This document shows, one piece after another, positions 55,298 through 64,000 of a stretch of DNA of 64,000 nucleotides (the stretch's first letter is position 1; the number at the start of each line of letters is the position of its first letter). Source of the stretch: Octopus vulgaris (lineage: Eukaryota); NCBI GenBank assembly GCA_951406725.2, contig OX597817.1:49104001-49168000 (forward strand), in the 5' to 3' direction. The position numbers were made by a program, and so were the translations under genes. Below the pieces are notes generated by a model that worked only from the letters and a program-made list of their open reading frames with translations, was not told the DNA's origin and ran no database searches.

Positions 55298-55332
<35 letters not shown>

Positions 55333-55642
55333 CATGCACACGTATACACACGCACACACATACACACATACACATATATATATATAAAATCTTTCAAGTG
55401 TAACTAATTACCAGCATGAAAATGAAGCTGGCAGGAATATTAAATATAAGACATCTTAATATAAATAATATGAAGTCGTTATTGTAACCGTTATATAAAC
55501 CACTTTCAATACTCAAATTTACGTACTTTGGCTTCTTGTAAATTGAGAGATGTTTCAGATACGTCACTCTCTCTCTCTTCCTCTCTCTCTCTTCCTCTCT
55601 CTCTCTCTACCCCCTCTCCCCTTCTCTTCCCCTCTCTCCTGC

Positions 55643-55711
<69 letters not shown>

Positions 55712-55786
55712 GTGTTTGTCTACCTTTGTATACTACATGCTCATACACGTATACATATACATATAATACATATATGAGTGTGTGTG

Positions 55787-55835
<49 letters not shown>

Positions 55836-55869
55836 CACATATGCATACGATTCTCTTTGCCTAAATATA

Positions 55870-55916
<47 letters not shown>

Positions 55917-56056
55917 CTGTGTTATTATGTATATATGGATGTACTTATGATCTATATATGAATATTAGTACGTCGATAGATGCATATATATCACTATATA
56001 TATATATGTGTATACATACATATACACAGAAACACATACACAAACACACACATACA

Positions 56057-56093
<37 letters not shown>

Positions 56094-56196
56094 CATAAAT
56101 ATATATGTATAATATATATATGTAAATATTTATGTATAATGATTACACACACACACACGCATACTCACACACACATACAACCACACACACACACAC

Positions 56197-56235
<39 letters not shown>

Positions 56236-56665
56236 GACCAAATACTCCCACACTCGTAATCATTATGTATATAAGTAAATGCGTGTTTTTGCGGTGTGTT
56301 TGTGTGTGGAGGGGGAGCGTGCGAGGCTGTGGTAAGCTTGTGTGTGGCTGTCTGAGTTTGTGTGTCTGTTTAATGAGTAAAGAGTGTGTCAACTTCATTT
56401 TAAAAATGAACACTTTACTGGATTTGTGTCAAAGTTGACAATTAACCTTGTTGAACTCGCAAGAATTTAGATATGCATGCATAGACAATTACGTATCGAG
56501 TGGCGTACAAATATACATAAATATATTTACACAATTATACATTCCCGTACATACATAACTTCATATATATATATGTATGTACGTATGTATGTGTGTGTAC
56601 GCATATGTACATACATGCATATATGTGTGTGTGCGTGCGTGCATGTGTGTGTAAGTGTGTGTGCT

Positions 56666-56712
<47 letters not shown>

Positions 56713-56714
56713 TT

Positions 56715-56954
56715 TTCTTTTATTTGCTTCATTCATTTCACTGCGGCCATGCTGGAGCAACGCCTTTAGTCGAACAAATCTACCCCAGGGCTTATTCTTT
56801 GTAATCTTAGTACTTTCTCTATAGGTCTATCTTGCCGAGCCGCTGAGTCACGGAGACGTAAACACACCAACATCGGTTGTGTGAAGCGATGACGGGTTGA
56901 CAGACTCAGACACGCAAACATATAAATACATACATACATATATACATATATGTA

Positions 56955-57008
<54 letters not shown>

Positions 57009-57243
57009 TATATATATGTATATATATATATATGTATATATATATACACACACACACACACACATATATATTCACATAAGACGGGCTTCTTGCTGTTTCC
57101 GTCTACCAAATCCACTCACAAGACCTTAGTCGGCCCGAGGTTAGAGTAGAATACACTTGCCCGAGGTTCGACGCAGTGGGACTGAACCCGGAACCATGTG
57201 GTTGGTAAGCAAGCTTCTTTCCATACAGCCACGCCTGCGCCTA
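56715..57243 (-). mobile_element. SINE family A
   Basis: Matches family consensus. Confidence 0.85.
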
Positions 57244-58167
57244 CATGTACACACATACATATATATACACTGATATATGTATATGTAAATATATACATAT
57301 ACATACATACAATGTTTATGTATGTATGCATATTTATACGTATAATCGTATTCGCATCGGAACGCCTTTAGTAGTCTTAAGTATGAAACACACAGTTTAA
57401 ATGTAAAAGTACACTTAATAAGCAGCGTGTAACTGATTTGATTTAAAACTAAATTGAAATACTACTTCAGAGTTAATTAGTGCCAAATTAATTAATGTCT
57501 GCTGTGACAGAATTACTTTATTATATTACACTCATGCATGGACATTTCATTCAAGAATAATTATTTTTGAATTTTATACACCAATCGATTATCAATTTAT
57601 AACAAATTGTAATCGTGCAGATGTTATATCTTCCCTTGAACTTACATACAGGCACAGAGTCCCCTGTATGTACGCGTGTGTGTATGTATGTATGTATGTA
57701 TGTATGTATGTATGTATGTATGTATGTATGCATGTATGCATGTATGTATGTATGCATGTGTGTATGTATGTATGTGCATGTGTGTGTATATGTGTCCATG
57801 TATGTGTGTATGTCTATCTGTATGTATGTATGTATATGTATGCGTGTGTGCATGTGTGCATATATGTGTGTATGTATATCTATGCGTGTGTGTATGTGTG
57901 CATGTATGTGTGTTTGTATGTATGTATGCATGTATGTGTGTATGTATGTAATAATTATCCTTTCTACTAAAGACACAAGGCCTAAGAGTTTTGGGGGCGG
58001 GTGGGGAGGGGTCCAGTCGATTATATCGACCTCAGTATTTCACTGGTACTTAATTTATCGACCCCGTGAAATTAAGTAAATTTCTCAACGAAATTTGAAC
58101 TCAGAAAGTGAAGACGGACGAAATACTGCTAAGCATTTCGCCCGGCATGCTAACGATTCTGCGTTGC

Positions 58168-58211
<44 letters not shown>

Positions 58212-58423
58212 TGCCCTGATTCAGTACCAGACAGTGGCTCTCGTGGCTTCTGATCTTAACCGATTGGAAATGTTATCATGTACATTGTTTTGTCTTGGTA
58301 TAAAAGATGGGCTACAGCAAATATTCTGCTCAATACCACAGATTTGCTTGTCACTTGTTTGACCTTAACCAGTTGAGCAGATAACAATTCATTGTGTTTA
58401 CATTTCTGTTTTGAGTTAAACCA

Positions 58424-59040
58424 TTGGAAATACTGAGAGGAGCCAGACTAAGCTTCGAACGAAGGAAATTTATCGTCGAATGTTACCGGAAGATTCAAAA
58501 CACAATTGAATTGCAAAGGCAGTTGAAGATGGATTCTCAAGCTGATCCACGAAAGAGACTTCCCATCACTAGAATTAAAGATAAGATTGAAGCAGAGGCA
58601 ACTATTCAGACTGTTCACAAAAAAATAACGTTCAGGAAGACCACGCATTTTGTCAAGCCCGGCAAATCAAAACTGGACACTAGAAACGTATTGCCAAAGC
58701 TCAAGAAAATTTGAGTAGCAAACGTGTCAAGACATAGGAGTTCGTCGCATTTTGAAGAGTTATTGGAAAAGTTATATTCCAAGAATAGGCCATGCTTTTA
58801 ATGAAGAAAATTCGTACCGAAGACTGGAGTTTGCGAGTAGTACTCGGAAAGATGTATAGAAGAGGCACTTTCCAGAAAAGATTGTTGGGTGTGGTGCCAC
58901 GATTACACCTGTTGGGAACCTGAAAACGTATATTACGGAGGGACATCATGTTAATTTACCAGAGTTACATTTATCTTTTAAAAATTAATGAGATCATTCT
59001 ATTTTGACGGTTCTGTAACTAATCCCATTTACTTGAACTT
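58424..59040 (+). pseudogene. Degraded Tc1/mariner-superfamily transposase (DUF4817-type HTH N-terminus)
   Basis: LSFERRKFIVECYRKIQNTIELQRQ...ITRIKDKIEAEATIQTV; later frames broken. Confidence 0.6.
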
Positions 59041-59992
59041 GTAAATCATACAATACTCCGGTCGCCCTGATAAGAGGCATTGCTGGTTCCACAAATAATT
59101 GTAACTTCTGAATATATATATACATTCGTTAACTTTGGGGGTTGCTATTTTGTGTATTTGTGTGTTTGTTTGTGTGTCTGTGTGCCTGTGAGTGCTTGTG
59201 CAATATGTGTGTGTGTGTGTTTTCTTCGGAAATCCTGTACGACCAAGTACGATGAAAACATGAAGCCCAATAGTGAAGTCCTATTACTCTATAAATCAGT
59301 GGCAGAGAGGCATAACTAAGTGAGTTTCTAAGATGGGGTGCAAAGTTCTTTTAGTTGATGCAGAGTTATCCTATTCCCAAAGCAATTCACTTATGGCCTG
59401 CTTACTTATAGCAAACGTTCCATAGAAGCATATAATGACACTCTGAATTGAAATTTGAAGACCTGTCAACTGAACTAAACTTTCATTTCTTCATTTCTTT
59501 CACTGATGCAGTGGTTGATCGTGGTGTGCTATAAGGGCACAGCAATTTTCAAGCAGATTTGTTTTAAAGCTCTCGCATACGTAAGAGAAAAGATGCGGAA
59601 TGTATCCTGAAGATATTCTACCAGATCACATTTTAGCTATTTTGTCACCTGTTGGTATTTGTTAGAAGCTAGAAATAGATACTAATTTATAGGGAGGCGC
59701 ACATATCAAATGCTCTCGTTAAGAGTTAAATTACCTTCAATAAATATCATAAAGCAAAATAAAACGCGTGTGGATGTCATAAGTTTTTGCATCTGCCATG
59801 TAATTAACAAAACATCAATCATCAAATATATCATTAATACTTATATCATTAATACAAGATGTAATTATTGTTGAATGTGATATCGATAAAAATAATGAAA
59901 AAACATTGTAATGAGGCGAGTCGCATGAATGAATGTGTAAATAAGAATTTTGAGAATGGATATATCTAAATTCAACAACCTGGGTGACTATA

Positions 59993-60580
59993 GAATTTTG
60001 CCCGACCCCACCTTGAATACTATTGTCCAGTATGGTCTCCCTTTGCGAAGCAACTCATTATGAAAGTGGAAGCACTCCAGAGGTCAATAACAAGAAACAT
60101 AGACGGCATAACAAGCATTGACTATTGGGGTCGACTAAAAAGACTCAAACGCTGTCGGGAGTGCTACATCATTTGTGTGATGTGGAAAATATTTCCTCAA
60201 TATTGCACAAATGATGCTGGCATCGATTTTAAAATTCACGCAAGACTTGGCCCCCGTGCTATATACCCACTACAAAAATCGAACTCAGAACTCGTAACAA
60301 CATTACGCTACAACTTCTTTACCTCAACCGGTCCAGATCTGTTTGATACCATACCAATACGTCAAAATGTAAACGGATCTCATAAAATTCAAAAGTTCTC
60401 TGGACAAATTTCTTCAAAAAGTCCCGGACCAACCTCCTACACTAGGATATGTCTCCAACAATTATAACTCTTTGCTAGAGTGAGCCATGGTGCCTCATAT
60501 ATGACTAAAAGACTTCAGGTGGTACTATTTAGACATGGCCTGGGCCTATACTGGCAGAAACCTACCAAAGTTATCAAAGC
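59993..60580 (+). mobile_element. Older 3' fragment of the 21656-type LINE
   Basis: RPHLEY, KVEALQRSIT, DYWGRLK, RLGPRA; same 3' GACATGGCCTGGGCC..GAAACCTA. Confidence 0.85.
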
Positions 60581-60689
60581 TATATTTACTAAATGCTATT
60601 CTTGGTAATGAATTATTGATCTCAAACTTTAACATGGACATCAAGTTCGAGGGAGAGGGTAAATTGGTTACGACGAGCACCAGAAGACA

Positions 60690-61420
60690 ACCGCATGCCA
60701 AAACAAGCCCTGATGGTGAGGTGAAGTAAGCAAACATCCCCTGTTGAAGCTACACAAACTTTGAAATACAATCTGAAAAGCACATTTAAAACGATAATAT
60801 GGATGCTAACACCTGGGACAATCTTGCATCAGATAGGGAGCTATAGAGAAGTAATTACAGAACTATTGGGTTGCATACACTGAGTTGTGAATGAGCTGGT
60901 GAATACATGGAGGATGGGAATCTTATTCCTGTGAAGGGCACGAAGGGCCTCTTCTGTGAGACCAGTGTAATCGTGTCTGCTTCGCAAAGGCGGGTGTATT
61001 CAACCATAAGCGTGGTCACGGAGACACCTCCGTCTGCTAATAGAATATCCAGTATGATCATCTATTTCTTTACTACCAACAAGGGGATAAACACAGAGAG
61101 AACAAACAAGGACAGACAAATGGATTAAGTCGATTATATCGACCCCAGTGCGTAACTAGTACTTATTTAATCGACCCCGAAAGGATGAAAGGCAAAGTCG
61201 ACCGCGGACCTTGTGTATTAGAAGAGTGTTTGGGCCGGCCAGTGGACTCAGCTTCGTAAGTCTCGACATTCAGGTGGTCGAGTTGCTACTGGCCCCTATG
61301 GAACGACTTGTATGTCCCTTTCAAGTTCCTTGCAGGCCTTAGAAGCCATATGAAACGTCATCAGCGGCGAGGAGACCAAGTTTGTGATGTTTCTTAGAGT
61401 CAAATGGATCTAGGAAATGG
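60690..61420 (+). mobile_element. RTE-clade LINE 3' remnant with nested SINE C piece (61060-61205)
   Basis: LKYNLKST..MDANTWDNLASDREL and SLAGLRSHMKRH zinc-finger end. Confidence 0.55.
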
Positions 61421-62104
61421 TCTTACTCAGTCACGAACCGTGTTCACCATATGTGTGTGTGTGTGTGTGTGTGTGTGCTTGTGCTTGTTTGTGTGCATGC
61501 GCACACACATATATATATTTCTCATTAGTTACCACTCATCAATTAACACAAATAAGTTGAGTTATGCAATAAACATTTCGTCGTTACTAGATTATTTCTC
61601 ACTTTGCTTTGTGTATCACTGTGTTATTGTCGTATGATTGTTAACATTGCCGTAGAAACATTGAGAGAGAGAGAAGGAAAAGAAGAAAGAGAGAGAGAGA
61701 GAGAGAGACCTGGTACAGACAAAGAAATTGAAGTATAAACAATAAGGAAATGGCATGGGGATAGTGAGGAAATGGTAGAATAAGTCAAAGCACTAAAGAA
61801 AGAGTTAGATGAAGAAATAACCAAATATATTTTTATTAAATGCAAAGATTTTGAGAAAGATTCATGTAAACAGTATACTTCATTTCTGTCTCCCATGTTC
61901 GAATAATTTTCATCAAGGCGCCATCATTCATATTTGCTGAGCTAGGTATCAAAATTTCATTGATCTTAGTTTCCTTGTTCAATTCCTTTATTTCTTTCTT
62001 TTCTTTTTCTCTGTCTTATGTTCTGTCACATTGTCAAATTATCTATCTATATACCTGCTCATTGATTTCTCACTAAGTTTGACCGCTTTATGTATGCAGC
62101 CGCA

Positions 62105-62156
<52 letters not shown>

Positions 62157-62574
62157 TTATATATTTATATATATATATATATATGTATATATGTGTGTGT
62201 GTGTGTGGCAGGTTTGGTAGCCTTCAACTAACACTATCTCCTCCGAGACCCTGCGGCGCAAGTTGACCAAAATTGAGAGTATGATAGAAGAAGGCTTGCT
62301 CTTTATTCCGTAGAAGAAAAAATTCAAATCGGACCATGTTAACACCAAGAATTATTTACATCAAAAAGGTGCTTTTTTTCTATGAAAATCCCTATTTTTT
62401 ACGATTTTTTTACTGCTGTGTCACCTTTTTTCGGTGTATTTCAACCAGAAAAATGTTCACTTAAAGAGAATAACAAGCTACGTAATGCAAAATTTTTATT
62501 TTTCAAAAAAGATTGAAACTATGTCAAAACTTTGTTAATGCAACATCAATGTCTGCCGTTTTAAGCGCAACTAA

Positions 62575-62610
62575 AAAACAAACCCGACCAACGCCGGGCT
62601 ATACTGCTAG
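62575..62610 (+). mobile_element. Helitron 3' terminus
   Basis: CCCGACCAACGCCGGG hairpin then CTAG|T. Confidence 0.65.
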
Positions 62611-63400
62611 TATATATATATATGTATATATATAGTTGAGATGTGTTCTGTTAAGAACGTGTAAGAGTACAAATAGAGCTCGTTCATCCTTAGTGATTAA
62701 AAAGTTGCTTAGCCGTACTTTTGACTCTTTTACTTGTTACTTATATATATATTCATACATACGATCATACATATAGGAAAAATTATGATAAACACACGAT
62801 GCATTTTATATCCTTTTTTTCTTTTTTTGCTTACGTACGTTTAACCATTGCGGTATTTTGCATCCTCTGCAGTGGGTGTTCTAAGCGCAATTGGATACAG
62901 AACCAAAACAATTCACCGGGGGAACATTTTTATTTCCTTATACTTACACAAATCAAATACTCATATATATATACGATATATACCACCTATACACATACAC
63001 AGATGGGGGCATACACACACACACATACACCACACACGTATTTATATTCATATGTATATGCCATTCTATATTATTTACAGCTAAATATAATTATAGATTA
63101 TAATGACACACACGTGTACATGTATATATGTAAGCGCGTTTTGGGTTTACATATCTTCAGTGTGACCATATCGAATAACTCGTTCAAATAAGTCAGCGGG
63201 AAGGTGAGAGAAAATAGATTAGATGAAACTATAGATTTCATTGATAGACAGCATATGGTAGAAATTATCTCATATTTGCATTCATGGCAGCCACAGATTT
63301 AAGGTTCCCTATGACGATATTACTAGTACATATTATTATTATTAATTTTTTTATCATTATTATTATTATTGTTGTTGCTGTTGTTGCTGTTATCACTGTA

Positions 63401-63467
<67 letters not shown>

Positions 63468-63671
63468 TGTTGTTGTTATTATTTTATCATTAGTATTATT
63501 ATGATGATGATCTTCATCATTATTTTTATTATCATTATTATTGTTGTTGTTATTATTTTTATCATTATTATTATTATTATTATCATTATTATTATTATTA
63601 TTATTATTAATATTATTATTATTATTAGTAGTAGTAGTAGTAGTATAATCATTATCATTATCATTATTATT

Positions 63672-63857
63672 CTCTTTACTCTTTACTCTTTTACTTGTTT
63701 CAGTCATTTGACTGCGGCCATGCTGGAGCACCACCTTTTAGTACTTATTCTATCGGTCTCTTTTTGCCGAACCGCTAAGTGACGGGGACGTAAACACACC
63801 GGCATCGGTTGTCAAGCAATGCTAGGGGGACAAACACAGACACACAAACACACACAC

Positions 63858-63889
<32 letters not shown>

Positions 63890-64000
63890 GACAGGCTTCT
63901 TTCAGTTTCCGTCTACCAAATCCACTCACAAGGCATTGGTCGGCCCGGGGCTATAGCAGAAGACACTTGCCCAAGATGCCACGTAGTGGGACTGAACCCG
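63672..64000 (-). mobile_element. SINE family A, running off the window
   Basis: Matches family consensus with an internal deletion. Confidence 0.85.

Overview
AT-rich, microsatellite-saturated animal DNA; the SINE/LINE repertoire looks like octopus (coleoid cephalopod), which is inference. It is probably one large intron region of a minus-strand gene, of which only one convincing exon is visible (30989-31270). Most listed ORFs are microsatellite artefacts. Real content: three SINE families, CR1/L2-group LINE fragments in (TA)n, R4/Dong-type fragments, an RTE remnant, mariner/pogo/piggyBac MITEs and non-autonomous Helitrons. The main result is a set of hammerhead-ribozyme (HHR) elements. (1) Two strongly diverged ~360-nt retrozyme-like units (19025-19543, 44184-44613) have permuted terminal direct repeats, a CCGANGA-variant type I HHR at the tip of a long rod and a stem-by-stem conserved, covarying fold. 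(2) A palindromic element carries two head-to-head tRNA-Ile-like heads, each followed by (TAA)n and a minimal HHR; one copy has a 12-bp target-site duplication. All alignments and folds were done by eye, so repeat boundaries are approximate.
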